Source: an uncultured Armatimonadetes bacterium (GTDB lineage: Bacteria; Armatimonadota; Hebobacteria; Hebobacterales; Hebobacteraceae). From it: a DNA stretch of 64,000 bases. Numbering within the stretch: position 1 is the stretch's first letter; each line of letters opens with the position of its first letter. The notes below the pieces were generated by a model, which worked only from the letters and a program-made list of their open reading frames with translations, had not been told where the DNA came from and ran no database searches. This document shows positions 19,752 through 30,903 of this stretch, piece by piece. A program made the translations under genes and the position numbers. The stretch spans positions 3,776,001-3,840,000 of the forward strand of contig OY970296.1 in assembly GCA_963716175.1 (NCBI GenBank), written 5' to 3'.

Positions 19752-21428
19752 CTATGCGATCGGCGCTGTCTGGGCTGACCCGCCCAGCCGCTGGCGGACC
19801 GCCGACCGAAAGCTCGTAATCTCGGGCGCGCCCAGCGCGGCCAGGATGCCAAGATAGACGAGAGCCCCTGCCGCAAGGCTGACCAGCACCTGGATGGCCA
19901 CGGCTGCGTTCGATCCCTGGGCGCCCGTTGCCGCCGCCGCCTGCGAGGCGGTGGTGATGAAGCGCGTCACCGGCACGTCCAACCGATGTCCGATCAATGC
20001 GGACACCCAATAGGCGGCCGCCCCCGCCAGGGCCGAGGCGAACATGACTCTCAAGAATGACGCCGCGATCGCTCGCCCGCCAGCTCCGCCCATTCGCCGC
20101 CGCAGCAGGTCGAACAACACCACGAACCCCACTGTCACACCCACCGACGTGGCAGCGGCTATCGTGGCATACTGGAGGGGATTGTGAAGCCTCATGGCGA
20201 TGACGGTGCCGAGCACGGTCAAGGAGGTGTAGCCTATGCCGACGAGCGCCGGCGTGCGTCCGTCCTTGAGCGAGTAGAACGCCCTATTGGCGATCTGCAG
20301 ACCGGACAGCCCGATGAGGGAGATGGCGTAGTAAAGCAGGGAAAGCTCAGCCATGGCTATCGCGGTCTCGTTCAGCCGCCCAGTTCGCCAGAGCAGCCTG
20401 AGCATGGGGCCGGCCAGGGCAATGAGCGCTGCCGTCGAGGGCACGGCGAGGAAGAACACGACGCGCAGCAGCCCGGAGAAGAGCTTGCGAAACTCCTCCA
20501 CCTGGTTCATCGCGATCTGCTCGGCCATCACCGGGAAGGCCGCCGTGGAGATGGCTATCCCCCAGAGCCCCAACGGGAAGACCACTAGGCGATTCGCGTA
20601 GCGCAGGCTGGTGATGGCACCTTTCTGAAAGTACGATCCAAAGAAGGCTGGCAGCCAGAGCAGGCAGATCTGCGTGAACGCCAGCCCGGCCATCACAGGC
20701 AGGAAAATGCGAAGGATCTCGCGCACTGAGGGATGGTTCAGTTCGAGAGAGGGCCGGTAGCGGAAGCCTCGCGCCAGCAGTGAGGGAATCTGCACCGCGA
20801 CCAGCAGGAACGCTCCTGCGAGCACGCCCACACAGAGCACCTTCAGTCCCAGCTGGTCGCTGTGGTAGTGCCGGGCAACCCAGCCCCCGCCGGTGAACGC
20901 GCCGGCGATGATGCCGACGTTGTACACTGGCCATGCCATCGCGGGTGCGGTGAAGTGCCGGTGCGACTGAAGAATGCCCGTGAATAGGGCGCTCAACACC
21001 GTGAAGAACACCATGGGAGCGACGATGCGCACGTAGCCAGCGCACTCGGCTGCCGCCCCGGCGCCGCGGAACCCGGGTGCCACAAGCAGGACGAACTCCC
21101 GAGCGAAGATGATGATGATGGAGATGCCAACGGCCGCGCACAGGATGAGTATGGTCGCCAGCGTGTTCACTACACGCCAGGTCTCCGGCTCCTGCTTCCG
21201 GGCAATGTGGGCGGTCAAGATAGGGATCACCGCGGCGCTGAGCGCGCCGCCGGCGAGCAGGTAGTAGAGCAGGTCGGGCACGTTGAACGCGGCCCAGTAG
21301 GCATCGGTGTGCCCGGTGCTGCCCCAGAAGTGCCCGACCGCGCGATCCCGCACCCACCCCAGCACGCGGCTCAGCAGGGACGCGACCACCATGATGGAAG
21401 CCCCCGCGAGGATCGTCTGGCGTTTCAC
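19752..21428 (-). CDS. murJ: Lipid II flippase MurJ
   Basis: [31 protein letters not shown] and RAFYS; GTG at 21428. Confidence 0.92.
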   Translation of the reverse strand: MKRQTILAGASIMVVASLLSRVLGWVRDRAVGHFWGSTGHTDAYWAAFNVPDLLYYLLAGGALSAAVIPILTAHIARKQEPETWRVVNTLATILILCAAVGISIIIIFAREFVLLVAPGFRGAGAAAECAGYVRIVAPMVFFTVLSALFTGILQSHRHFTAPAMAWPVYNVGIIAGAFTGGGWVARHYHSDQLGLKVLCVGVLAGAFLLVAVQIPSLLARGFRYRPSLELNHPSVREILRIFLPVMAGLAFTQICLLWLPAFFGSYFQKGAITSLRYANRLVVFPLGLWGIAISTAAFPVMAEQIAMNQVEEFRKLFSGLLRVVFFLAVPSTAALIALAGPMLRLLWRTGRLNETAIAMAELSLLYYAISLIGLSGLQIANRAFYSLKDGRTPALVGIGYTSLTVLGTVIAMRLHNPLQYATIAAATSVGVTVGFVVLFDLLRRRMGGAGGRAIAASFLRVMFASALAGAAAYWVSALIGHRLDVPVTRFITTASQAAAATGAQGSNAAVAIQVLVSLAAGALVYLGILAALGAPEITSFRSAVRQRLGGSAQTAPIA

Positions 21429-21434
21429 AGGGCC

Positions 21435-21464
21435 ATTATATCCGCAGCGAGAGAGGATTGGCAA
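21435..21464 (-). promoter_or_regulatory. Sigma70-like promoter of murJ
   Basis: TTGCCA-18 nt-TATAAT, 6 nt before the GTG start. Confidence 0.55.
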
Positions 21465-21499
21465 GGTGAGCTTCCCGCGCCCGACGAAACACCCGCGCC

Positions 21500-21892
21500 A
21501 TGTGGAAGCGCACGCGACCCCACGCCAAGACCCGCCAGGAGCTGGCCCGCATCGGGGAGGAGCACGCGGCGCGCTACCTCGCCTCCCGCGGCTACCGCAT
21601 CAAAGAGCGCAACTTCCGCGCCCCCGGCGGGGCCGAGGTGGACATCATCGCCGAACAGCGCGATGTGCTCGCCTTTGTGGAGGTGAAGGCGCGCACCTCG
21701 ACCGACTTCGCTCAGCCCCACGAGAGCGTCACCCCGTGGAAGCAGCGCCAGATCGCCCGCGCCGCCGCCTCCTACCTCGGCTCGCGAGAGCGCCGGGAGC
21801 GGGTGATGCGCTTCGATGTGGTCGAGGTCTTCTTGACCCCCAGGGGCCGGGTCGAGCGGGTGAGCCTGATAGAGGGGGCGTTCCAGGGGTGA
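21500..21892 (+). CDS. yraN: YraN family nuclease
   Basis: GEEHAARYL..GY, NFR, EVDIIA, FVEVKAR, VTPWKQ and RFDVV. Confidence 0.9.
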   Translation: MWKRTRPHAKTRQELARIGEEHAARYLASRGYRIKERNFRAPGGAEVDIIAEQRDVLAFVEVKARTSTDFAQPHESVTPWKQRQIARAAASYLGSRERRERVMRFDVVEVFLTPRGRVERVSLIEGAFQG

Positions 21893-21912
21893 GAGCCAGC
21901 AGCACGGCCCGT

Positions 21913-22004
21913 CACCGCGGAGACGCCGGGAACGCAGCGGGCAGCGCCTGGGCCGGGCCTCTGACAACTGGATTCCTCCCAGTGCCCTCTGCGCCTCTGC
22001 GGTG
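21913..22004. repeat. MITE-like inverted repeat (CCGCRGAG-unit family) between convergent genes
   Basis: CACCGCGGAGACGCCGGAACGCAG ... CTCTGCGCCTCTGCGGTG. Confidence 0.55.
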
Positions 22005-22019
22005 GACCTCTTGCCGCGT

Positions 22020-23828
22020 CTAATCCGCCCCTCCGCCGCCTCCTCCACCCCCACCGCCTCCGCCCCCGGAGAAGCCACCACCTCCGCCCGAACTGGAGGT
22101 AAAGGAGCTGGTGGCAGTGGCGAAGCTGGAGCTGAAGGAGGAGAAGGCACTGCCGATGGCGTCCATGCCGGCGAAGGGCGAGCCACTGCTGGACACCCAG
22201 TAAGGGAACGCGGCGGCCGGGGCCTCTCCCGCGGCCACCGCATGCGGGTACAGCTCCTTGAACTGCTCGATCACCCGCTCCGCCACTCCCAGGGTGATGG
22301 CGAAGACCAGATACTGCTCCCAGAGCGCGACCGCCGGAGCCGGATACTGCTGCAACTGGGAGAAGTCGGTCAGATAGCGCCGGAATGCCTGCCAGCGATG
22401 GAGAGCCACCGCCGCCTCCGGATTCCGCCGGCGCAGATTGAGGCTGGCCGGTATCGAGCGCGAAGCCGACGAACCCGTTGAGCATGGCCAGCGGTGATTG
22501 CAGGGCCGCCACCAGCAAGAAGACCGAGAGGAACATGGCGATGCCTACCGCCATCCCCACCCCCATCGCCCGCTTGCTCCGCGGGTCTACCAGGTCCAGT
22601 CGCTGCGATTCGCTTTTCGCCAGATCACGCCAGTGCTCATACCGGGCCCGCGCACTGACCGGGTCGCTCTTCGCCATCTCCCTGAACTGATCCATCGAGA
22701 CCCGGCCCTCGGATTCGAACCCGCGGAAGAGGATCTCGCTCACCAGATAGCGCTCAGACGGCCCGAGATCGCCCTTGAACTCGGCCACCCGCTCCACGTA
22801 TTGCTCGTCCTCCACGGCCGTGCCCAGCAGACCGCCCAGGCGGGGATGAGCCTCTGCTCTCACCACCAACCGCAGCGCGCCCCGACGCACCAGGTCCATC
22901 AGCGTCGCAGTCATATCCTGGGGGCCCAGCTCGCCCCACCGCCAGAGGTAGCCGACATCGTCGGGCGTCCATCCCTCCAGCGGCTCGCGCACGTACTCGG
23001 GCAGGTTCTGCTCCTGGTACTCCCGCCCATAGCGGAAGTAGAGACCCAGCCAGAAGCCAACCCCCGCGATCAGGATCAGAACGGGAAGCGCCAGCTTCAT
23101 CTGAGCCTTCACCCGCCGCGATTGGCCTGGCTGGCCCAGCGCCCCTCCTCCTCCAGCGCCACGGGCAGAATCGTCGCCGTGTCCTGGCGAGGGCTGGTTG
23201 CGATCAGATCCGTGGGAAACAGCAGCCGCAGCCCTATCATCTCCCTGGGAGGCAGAGGATTGCAGGTGAGGTCAACCCGGCCCTCCTGAATCTCAGTCTT
23301 TCCCCACAGAGGCCCATGGGCCCAGGCTCGCAGGCCCGCCCGCGGCACCCTCCCCGGAAGGCTGATCGTCACCCGCGCCAGCTCTGACCGCGCCTCCCAT
23401 TCGGTCCCGACGAACTTCCAGTACAGCTCGGCCAGGTCGTCATGCTTCACCACCGCGCCGGTTACATCGTAGTCCACGGTGAACAGGCGGGACTCGTCGC
23501 TCGCCTGGTAGTACCAGTCAGCTCGGAACTGGCCGCCTCCGCGAGAAGTGACGAAGCTGTCCGGCGCTTCTCCGGCGGTCTGTTGATAGGGGGAGCCATT
23601 CTCCGTCACCAGGAAGCTCTCGATCTGGGTGCCGGCGGGCAGCGGGATCACCCGGTAGGCGTGGTGGAACGTCCCCGAGAACACGTACTCCCTGGTCTCC
23701 CGCACGTGCATCGAGCCATCGCCGCGGACTTCAGCCGCGATCTCGGTGCGGGCGAGGTGAAAGCTCTTCGCCTCCGCGGGAAGGGGAAGCGATAGCAGCA
23801 ACAGCAAGACCCCGGCACCCCGCACCAT
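22020..23828 (-). CDS. DUF2207 membrane protein (frameshifts near 23110 and 22450)
   Basis: DGSMHVRE, ELYWKFVG, AWAHGPL, ATLMDLVRRG, WQAFRRYL..WEQYLVFAITLGV and Gly/Ser tail, spread over three frames. Confidence 0.85.
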
Positions 23829-23971
23829 CCTGACCTCCTCGACTCTGCTGCGGCTCGGCGGCGAGCATACTCTCAGTGGCAGTATGCCACAGCGCAGCGT
23901 GCAGGGCCAACGCGGAGAGGAGAGAAATGCCTGCCTGCAGAACCAGGGGAGGGGTGCTACGAGGGGGTGAT

Positions 23972-24226
23972 ATGCCCAGGTGCGACCCCATACTGATAGA
24001 CTGCGACTGCTCCGATCTGAACTGCCCGGTACGCTTCCGGCTGTCTGACCTCATCAGGGCTATCCAGGCATGGACGGATAACCCTGACCAGCAGAGAGCG
24101 CTCGTCGAGGCATGGCTCAGAGGGCATCACATGCGCCTGCAGCAGCATGGCGAAGAAAAGGTCCATCACTTCGAGCTGCGCGATGGCCGAGATCTAGAAG
24201 CTCCGCATGCTCGCCCTGATAGATAG
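23972..24226 (+). CDS. Small hypothetical protein with a Cys-rich N-terminus
   Basis: GAGGGGG RBS before ATG 23972; overlaps the comM start. Confidence 0.5.
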   Translation: MPRCDPILIDCDCSDLNCPVRFRLSDLIRAIQAWTDNPDQQRALVEAWLRGHHMRLQQHGEEKVHHFELRDGRDLEAPHARPDR

Positions 24227-25739
24227 CTGTGCCGTGCTGGGGATAGAGGCCCACCTGGTGCAAACTCAGGTGGACGTAGGCCGCGGGCAGGCCAAGGTCA
24301 CCATCGTCGGCCTGCCGGATAAGGCGGTGCAAGAGGCGGCCGATCGCGTCGCCTCCGCCGTCCGCAATTCCACCTTCTCCTTTCCCGCCTACCGGGTCAC
24401 GGTCAACCTCGCCCCGGCCGACATCCGCAAGGAAGGCCCCTCTTTCGATCTCTCCATCGCACTGGGAGTGCTGGCCGCCACCGAGCAGATCGCCGGGGGG
24501 GACATGGACCAACTGGTGGCGGTGGGAGAGCTATCGCTCGATGGCTCCGTGCGTCCCATCTCGGGCGTGCTTCCGATCGCCCTGGCCGCCCGGGAGGCGA
24601 ACCGCAAGGGCCTGATCGTGCCCGAGGAGAATGTGGCGGAAGCCACCGTGGTGGAGGGCCTGGCGGTCTACCCGGTGCGCACCCTGTGGGAGGCGGCCGA
24701 GGTGGTGGCTCACCCGGACCGGCGCCGGCCCGCCGCCTCTTCGGCCGGGCACTGGATGCTGTCCGAGCCGGAGTACCCGATTGACTTCTCCGAGGTTAAA
24801 GGCCAGACCCATGCCAAGCGGGCATTGGAGGTGGCCGCCGCGGGCGGCCACAATGTGGTGATGGTGGGGCCGCCGGGGGCGGGGAAGACCATGCTGGCCA
24901 TGCGCCTGCCCAGCATCTTGCCGCTGCTGCGCATAGAAGAGGCGCTGGAGGTCACCAAGGTCTACAGCATCAGCGGCAGGGTGCCGCGCGGGACAGGCCT
25001 CATTACCACTCGCCCGTTTCGCGCTCCTCACCACACCATTTCCGCGGCTGGGCTGGCCGGGGGCGGGGCAATACCCAAGCCCGGAGAGGTGTCCCTCGCC
25101 CACTACGGTGTGCTTTTCCTGGACGAGCTGCCGGAGTTCAGCCGGGACGCGCTGGAGGTGCTCCGCCAGCCCCTGGAGGAGGGAGTGGTGAACATCGCAC
25201 GCGTCGCCGGCAGCGCCACCTTCCCGGCGCGGGTGATGATGGTGGCCGCCCTCAACCCCTGCCCCTGCGGCTACTTCATGGACGCGACCAGGAGCTGCTC
25301 CTGCTCCGTCTCCAGAATCCGCAGCTATCTGCAGCGCATCTCAGGCCCGCTGCTGGACCGGGTAGACATTCAGATCGAGGTGCCGCGGCTGGTGCGGGAT
25401 GAGATGCTGAGCACCAGTGACAGCGAGCCCTCGGCCGCGCTGCGAGCGCGGGTCCAGCAGGCCCGCTCGCTGCAGGCTGAGCGCTTCGCCGGTGCTGGCA
25501 TCTACTGCAATGCCCACATGCGGCCCCGCGATCTGCGCCAGCACTGCGCGCTCAGCGACGAGGTGCGCAAGTTCCTCAGCGGCGCCATCGACCGGCTCGG
25601 CCTCAGCGCCCGCGCCTTCGACCGGGTGGTCAAGCTCAGCCGCACCATCGCCGACCTGGATAGCGCGCCCGAGATCAATGAACAACACGTCGCCGAGGCG
25701 ATTCAGTACCGGGGGTTAGACAGGAAGTTGTGGGCCTGA
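24207..25739 (+). CDS. comM: YifB/ComM Mg-chelatase-like AAA+ helicase
   Basis: IVGLPD, NLAPADIRKEG, GPPGAGKT, PFRAPHH, LDELPEF and NPCPCG. Confidence 0.93.
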   Translation: MLALIDSCAVLGIEAHLVQTQVDVGRGQAKVTIVGLPDKAVQEAADRVASAVRNSTFSFPAYRVTVNLAPADIRKEGPSFDLSIALGVLAATEQIAGGDMDQLVAVGELSLDGSVRPISGVLPIALAAREANRKGLIVPEENVAEATVVEGLAVYPVRTLWEAAEVVAHPDRRRPAASSAGHWMLSEPEYPIDFSEVKGQTHAKRALEVAAAGGHNVVMVGPPGAGKTMLAMRLPSILPLLRIEEALEVTKVYSISGRVPRGTGLITTRPFRAPHHTISAAGLAGGGAIPKPGEVSLAHYGVLFLDELPEFSRDALEVLRQPLEEGVVNIARVAGSATFPARVMMVAALNPCPCGYFMDATRSCSCSVSRIRSYLQRISGPLLDRVDIQIEVPRLVRDEMLSTSDSEPSAALRARVQQARSLQAERFAGAGIYCNAHMRPRDLRQHCALSDEVRKFLSGAIDRLGLSARAFDRVVKLSRTIADLDSAPEINEQHVAEAIQYRGLDRKLWA

Positions 25740-25794
25740 TGGCGGCCTCCCGGCGCGTTGCTGAAGGTCTCTTCCCCACCATAGGAGTTCACGG

Positions 25795-28398
25795 ATGAAG
25801 CATCACACGATGATGACGAGCGTGCTCATGGCGGCCTTTGGTGTAGGCTGTCTTGCCCTTGGCCCCTGCTCGCAGGCCGGAGCTGGGGCTGCAGCCAAGG
25901 CGCCGGCGAAGGGGCCAGTCAAGCTCAAGATCACTAAGCAGCCCGCCGCCTACCAGGGAAAGCCGGCGAGCTACTGGCTCAAAGCTCTGGACAGCGAGGA
26001 CGAGAAGCTCCGGCGGCAGGCGGCGGAGGCAATAGTGGCGATAGGCAGGCCGGCCTATCCGCCGCTCAGCTACCTGCTGCGAGACTCCAGCAAGCCCGTC
26101 TGGCGCAACACTGTCGCCTCCTTCGTGCAGATCGGGCCACGCGCGGTGCCCGTCCTGCTGGCCCTGATCCGGATGGAACAATCGGAGGATCTGAGCCACA
26201 ACGCGGGCGCGGCCGCGGTGCTGGAGATGGGGCCGGCCGCATTCCCGGCGCTGCAGACCGCGCTGCGCGATGAGCGCGCACCAATCCGGCTCGCAGCCGT
26301 CGTCGCACTCCGCGTCCAGGGCTTCTCCGGCCGCGCGGACAAGGCTGCCGGGCCCGCTCTCATCGCGGTGTTGAAGAGCGACAAGCGGGCCGACATCCGG
26401 GGGGCAGCGGCCAATGCTCTGGGTCTCTTTCGTCCCGCGCCGGAAGGGGCCGTGCCCGCGTTGACGGGCGCGCTGAAGGACAAGGAGCTACTGGTGCGAG
26501 TGATGGCCGCCCAAGCCCTCGCCATGCGGAGCGCGACGGCGGAGAACAGAATCCGGCAGGCCACGGCGGGCGTTCCGGCGCTGATCGAGGGGCTGAAGAG
26601 CAGCAGCAAACCCTCGCGCTACGAGTCGGTGATTGCACTCGGGCTGCTGGGATCGGATGGCGCGCCAGCGGTCCCGGCTCTCGCCGCCTCGCTGGGAAGC
26701 GCCGACATTGGCGGCCTTGCCGCTCAGTCTCTGGCGGCGATTGGCGACGCGGCTGTGCCCGCCCTGCTCAAGACGGTGCAGGCCGGGAGCCCCCAGGCCC
26801 GCGGCAATGCTGCCGCCGCGCTCAGACAGCTTGGCGAGATCGGGAAGGCTTCGGCCACCAGCCTGCTTGCCGATCTCCAGAGTAAGGATGCGCAAGTGCG
26901 CCAGCGCGCGGCCCAGGCGCTGGGGGACGCCGCGCCCGACGACCCGAGGGTGATCCCGGCACTCACCGCGGCGCTGAGTGACAGCGACCAGGGGGTGCGT
27001 GACCGCGCGGCCTACGCGCTGGGCCGCTACGGACCGCAGGCCAGCTCGGCCCTGCCTGCGCTCACCGCCGCCCTCAGCAACCCCGGCGTGCGCCGCGCCG
27101 CGGCCTCCGCCCTGGGCGCCATGGGGCCGGCCGCGGAGCCCGCGATTCCCGCCCTGGCAGCAGCCATGTCCAAAGACCCGTTGAGTGGGGCCGGCGAGGC
27201 ACTGGGCCGCATCGGCCCGGCCGCGGTGCCGGCTCTGGTGTCTGCACTCAAGGATCCCAACAAGGAGGCACACGGGGACGCCGCCTTCGCCCTTGCTTAC
27301 CTGGGTCCCGATGCCGCGCCGACTGTCCCCGCGCTGGCGGCTGCGCTCGAGGACGAGGAGGCCCGCGTGCGCATTGCCGCCGCCATCGCGCTGGGCGCCG
27401 TCGGACCCGCCGCCCGGCCGGCCGTGCCCGACCTGGTCGCCACGCTTCGCGACCCCGACCCAGCGGTCAGCGCCTGGGCCGCTCACGCCCTGGGGCTAAT
27501 CGGCCCTGAGGCCAAGGAGGCACTGCCGGTGCTGCGCGAGGCCGTCATGGTCAATGACCCTGGCGTCCGCTGGGAGGCCGCCACCGCGCTTGTCCGGATC
27601 GGAGACACCCTTCCCGCGGTGCCGCCGCTGGCAGCCTTCGCGAAGAACAAGGGAGGGCCGGTTCGGTTCGATGCCATCTCCCAGTTGCGGGACATCGGCC
27701 CCATGGCTGTCGCGGCTGTGCCGTCGCTGCTGCAACTGGCCAGCGACCGCGGAGACGCCAAGCTCATTCGCATCGCCAGCGCGGCCGCGCTGCTGAGCAT
27801 CCAGCCGGGAAACGCGAAGGTGATCGCCCTTCTCACGCAGGCGCTGGGGGATATCAGCGAGCGTGTCCGCCTTGCTGCTGCCGCCGCGCTGGCCGAAGCC
27901 GGCCAAGCTGGCGAGCAGGTGCAGGCGGCGCTGCGCCCGATGCTGCGGGGAGAGGACAAGGAGCGCGCAGCCACTGCCGCCGAGATTCTGGCGCGAATCG
28001 CTCCCGAGGACAAGGCGGCTCCGGACTTCCTGACCAATGCCTTGCAGGACAAGGACTTCCGGGTCAGGTTCGCCGCCGCGACTGCGCTGGCAGGTACAGC
28101 CAGCGCCACTGCGGCGGCCGTACCGGCGCTGATCTTCCATCTGCACGATGAGGATAAGTGGAACCGCTATCGCGCGGCGGAGGCCCTGGGAGACATGGGC
28201 CCCAGGGCACAAGCGGCGGCGGCGGCGCTTAGTCAGCTCTTGTACGATTCCGACCGGGACGTGCGCCGGGCGGCCCTGATCGCGCTGAAGAAGCTGCGAG
28301 GAGAGCTGCCGCCATCCTCTTCTGACCCTGAATCAACGCACTCCCTTCTCGACCGGTTGGTGAGAGAGGAGAGCATGCGCGAGCTGTGGCTGCGGTGA
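25795..28398 (+). CDS. Secreted HEAT-repeat (PBS lyase-like) protein
   Basis: Signal-like N-terminus; many VR..AA.ALG..GP.A..AVPAL...L.D repeats. Confidence 0.85.
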   Translation: MKHHTMMTSVLMAAFGVGCLALGPCSQAGAGAAAKAPAKGPVKLKITKQPAAYQGKPASYWLKALDSEDEKLRRQAAEAIVAIGRPAYPPLSYLLRDSSKPVWRNTVASFVQIGPRAVPVLLALIRMEQSEDLSHNAGAAAVLEMGPAAFPALQTALRDERAPIRLAAVVALRVQGFSGRADKAAGPALIAVLKSDKRADIRGAAANALGLFRPAPEGAVPALTGALKDKELLVRVMAAQALAMRSATAENRIRQATAGVPALIEGLKSSSKPSRYESVIALGLLGSDGAPAVPALAASLGSADIGGLAAQSLAAIGDAAVPALLKTVQAGSPQARGNAAAALRQLGEIGKASATSLLADLQSKDAQVRQRAAQALGDAAPDDPRVIPALTAALSDSDQGVRDRAAYALGRYGPQASSALPALTAALSNPGVRRAAASALGAMGPAAEPAIPALAAAMSKDPLSGAGEALGRIGPAAVPALVSALKDPNKEAHGDAAFALAYLGPDAAPTVPALAAALEDEEARVRIAAAIALGAVGPAARPAVPDLVATLRDPDPAVSAWAAHALGLIGPEAKEALPVLREAVMVNDPGVRWEAATALVRIGDTLPAVPPLAAFAKNKGGPVRFDAISQLRDIGPMAVAAVPSLLQLASDRGDAKLIRIASAAALLSIQPGNAKVIALLTQALGDISERVRLAAAAALAEAGQAGEQVQAALRPMLRGEDKERAATAAEILARIAPEDKAAPDFLTNALQDKDFRVRFAAATALAGTASATAAAVPALIFHLHDEDKWNRYRAAEALGDMGPRAQAAAAALSQLLYDSDRDVRRAALIALKKLRGELPPSSSDPESTHSLLDRLVREESMRELWLR

Positions 28399-28420
28399 GC
28401 GCCGCCACCGGCAGGCGGAG

Positions 28421-29314
28421 TCACTTGACCCCTGCCGCTGCGCGTGTCACCAGGGCCATCACCTGGTTCCGCTTCGCCGTCTCGCTCGTCCCGATCACCA
28501 CGAATCGCCCCTTGCGAGCGGCGGCGAACTCGCCATAGGAGGCGTCCCGCGCCGCAAAGCACTCCTCGCCCACCCCGGCGATGGCGGTCACGCCTGCGCC
28601 TGCCCGCTGCTCGAACTCCCGCAGCTTCTGCCAGCTCTGCTTGGCCTGCGCGGCGGTGGTGAGGTCGGCAATGTGAATGGCGGTGAGCGTCGTCCCCACG
28701 CGATACTCCGCGCTGATCACGTCCGTCAGGCCCCGATGGCCCAGCGCGTCCTTCCTCACGTAGCGCTCACTGCCGGCAACGCGGCCCGGGGCCGGAAGGC
28801 GCTTGAACTCCGCGGGCAGCCCCCAGGACCCCGGAAAGCGCTGTGCCACCTGCTCGCCCAGCAGGCGCCCCTGGGCCACGTCGTCGCTCTCCATCACCGC
28901 GATCTTAACGTAATAGCGACCCTTAGCGAACGCCACCAACCCATCTGACACGTAGCCCTCGGCCCCGAACGATGAGACACCGCGCGCGGGCCTCTCGGTG
29001 GCGAAGATGCCATAAGCATGCAGGGGCGCGCCCATGTCGTAGATGTCAACGGTGATGAGGCGGTCGGGCGCTTCGTCTCTGGCATAGGTCGCGGTCGCCA
29101 TGTCCTTGAGACCATAGGAGAGAAACAGGTCGGCCGCGCCGTCAATGTACTCATAGAGCTTGGCGGGCGTGAAGCTGCGTGCCTCGCCTTGCCGCGACCA
29201 GCCTTCGGCGAGGCCGCTCGGTGGCAGCGAATCCGTTAGCCCCCCGGCGACCGCGCCAGCCTGAAGCAGCGCGAGCAGCAGCAGCACTGCAACCGCGCTG
29301 GGCCAGCGCTGCAT
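28421..29314 (-). CDS. Secreted protein, DUF6599-like
   Basis: LYEYIDGAADLF, VDIYDMG..AYGIF and KGRYYV; signal peptide from ATG 29314. Confidence 0.7.
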   Translation of the reverse strand: MQRWPSAVAVLLLLALLQAGAVAGGLTDSLPPSGLAEGWSRQGEARSFTPAKLYEYIDGAADLFLSYGLKDMATATYARDEAPDRLITVDIYDMGAPLHAYGIFATERPARGVSSFGAEGYVSDGLVAFAKGRYYVKIAVMESDDVAQGRLLGEQVAQRFPGSWGLPAEFKRLPAPGRVAGSERYVRKDALGHRGLTDVISAEYRVGTTLTAIHIADLTTAAQAKQSWQKLREFEQRAGAGVTAIAGVGEECFAARDASYGEFAAARKGRFVVIGTSETAKRNQVMALVTRAAAGVK

Positions 29315-29504
29315 GGTCTTCCTCCTACCGGCGACAGAGATCCAGCGCGCTCCCAAACTCAGGGGCGCGCGCCAGTCTAGCAGATGCCGCAGGTATCCCG
29401 CAACCGTTCTCGACACGCGGACTAACTGGGAGGCCCGTCAGGCGCGCCAGACCGCCGCCAAGAGCCCGGGGCGAGCAGGAGACGTGCTTCTCTGGTGCGA
29501 ACCA

Positions 29505-30842
29505 ATGACTCTCCAGCCAACCATGGAAAGCACCCCTCCCGAGAACTCATCTCACGCGGAAGGACCCAACGAGCACACTCGCTGGAACTTCGCGGTGCTG
29601 ACCACCGAATCCGCAATCTTCCAGACTGGACTGGCCTGGGTGGACCCGGTGGCCGTGCTGCCGCTCTTCATCGGCCGGCTCTCCCCCTCCACGGTGCTGG
29701 TGGGGCTAGTCACCGTGCTCCAGCGCTTGGGCTGGATTCTGCCGCAGCTCCCCATGGCCGCGGTCCTGGGCCACCGCCCGCGGCGCCAGCCCTGGCTGCG
29801 CTGGGGCGTGTTCTACGGCCGCCTCCCCTTCCTCGCCTTCGTCGTGTACCTGTGGCTGCGCGGCGTGACCAACCCGGGCCTGGTGCTCCTGTTCATGATG
29901 GCCGGCTACTTCTTTGTCGCTCTCGGCAACGGTGTGGTCGCCATCCCCTGGCAAGACATCATCGCCAAGTCGGTGCCCTCCCGCCTGCGGGGAAAGTTCT
30001 TCGCTGGCACCCAGTTCGCTACCGCGACGGGAGCCTTGGGAGTCGGGTTCGCGGTGCGGCGGATGCTCGGGCCGCTGGGCCCAGGATTCCCCTTCGACTT
30101 CACCCTGCTGTTCACCGTCACGGCCGTCTTCATAAGCATCTCGACCTTCCTCTGCGCCATCACGCGGGAGCCGATCCGTCCCGTCCTCGACCGGCCTGAA
30201 TCCCTGCGCCAGATCATCGCTGACCTCAAGCCCTTCCTGCGACAGCGGCCCGCATTCCGAGCCCTCATCCTGGTGGCCATCCTGGGCGCCGGGATGAGCT
30301 GGACCACGCCCTTCTACATCGTCTATGCCACCCGGAAGCTCGGCGTCGCCCCGCAGCTGGCCGGCTTCTACATCTGGGCGGCCGTGCTCGGCGGGGCCGG
30401 CTTCAGCCTCATCTGGGGCCACTACAACGACCGCTGCGGACCCCTCACCGTGATCCGCGGCGGGTGCGCATTCGTCGCGATCACGCCCCTGCTCGCCATC
30501 GGCCTGCCCGTGGCGCTGCGTATCGGCGCCATCCTGTTCCCGCCGGCCCTCAGCGCTCTGCCCTACGGGTTCGCCCTGGTTTTCCTCGCCGGGAGCGCCA
30601 CCCCGGGCGCCTTCTGGATGGGAACCACCAACTATCTCTTCGACCTCACCGACCACCCGGAGCGGCCCCGCTACATCGCGCTGCTCAACTTCCTCTCTCT
30701 GCCCGGCGCGCTGATCCCGATCCTCGTCGGATGGCTGCTCAACTTCCTGCCCTACCCGCTGGTCTTCTCTTTCATCGCCGCCTCCGGCCTCGCCGCCGTT
30801 TTGGCCAGCCGCGTCATGCCGGCCGTGCCGCCGCAACCGTAG
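29505..30842 (+). CDS. MFS transporter
   Basis: About 12 hydrophobic segments; WQDIIAK.VP..LRG, WGHYNDR.G and ERPRYI. Confidence 0.85.
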   Translation: MTLQPTMESTPPENSSHAEGPNEHTRWNFAVLTTESAIFQTGLAWVDPVAVLPLFIGRLSPSTVLVGLVTVLQRLGWILPQLPMAAVLGHRPRRQPWLRWGVFYGRLPFLAFVVYLWLRGVTNPGLVLLFMMAGYFFVALGNGVVAIPWQDIIAKSVPSRLRGKFFAGTQFATATGALGVGFAVRRMLGPLGPGFPFDFTLLFTVTAVFISISTFLCAITREPIRPVLDRPESLRQIIADLKPFLRQRPAFRALILVAILGAGMSWTTPFYIVYATRKLGVAPQLAGFYIWAAVLGGAGFSLIWGHYNDRCGPLTVIRGGCAFVAITPLLAIGLPVALRIGAILFPPALSALPYGFALVFLAGSATPGAFWMGTTNYLFDLTDHPERPRYIALLNFLSLPGALIPILVGWLLNFLPYPLVFSFIAASGLAAVLASRVMPAVPPQP

Positions 30843-30903
30843 CCGGCCGCTAGCAGCAGTTGGGTGTGACCGTTTCCCCTGGGTCGGCCGAGTGCAGCGC
30901 CAC

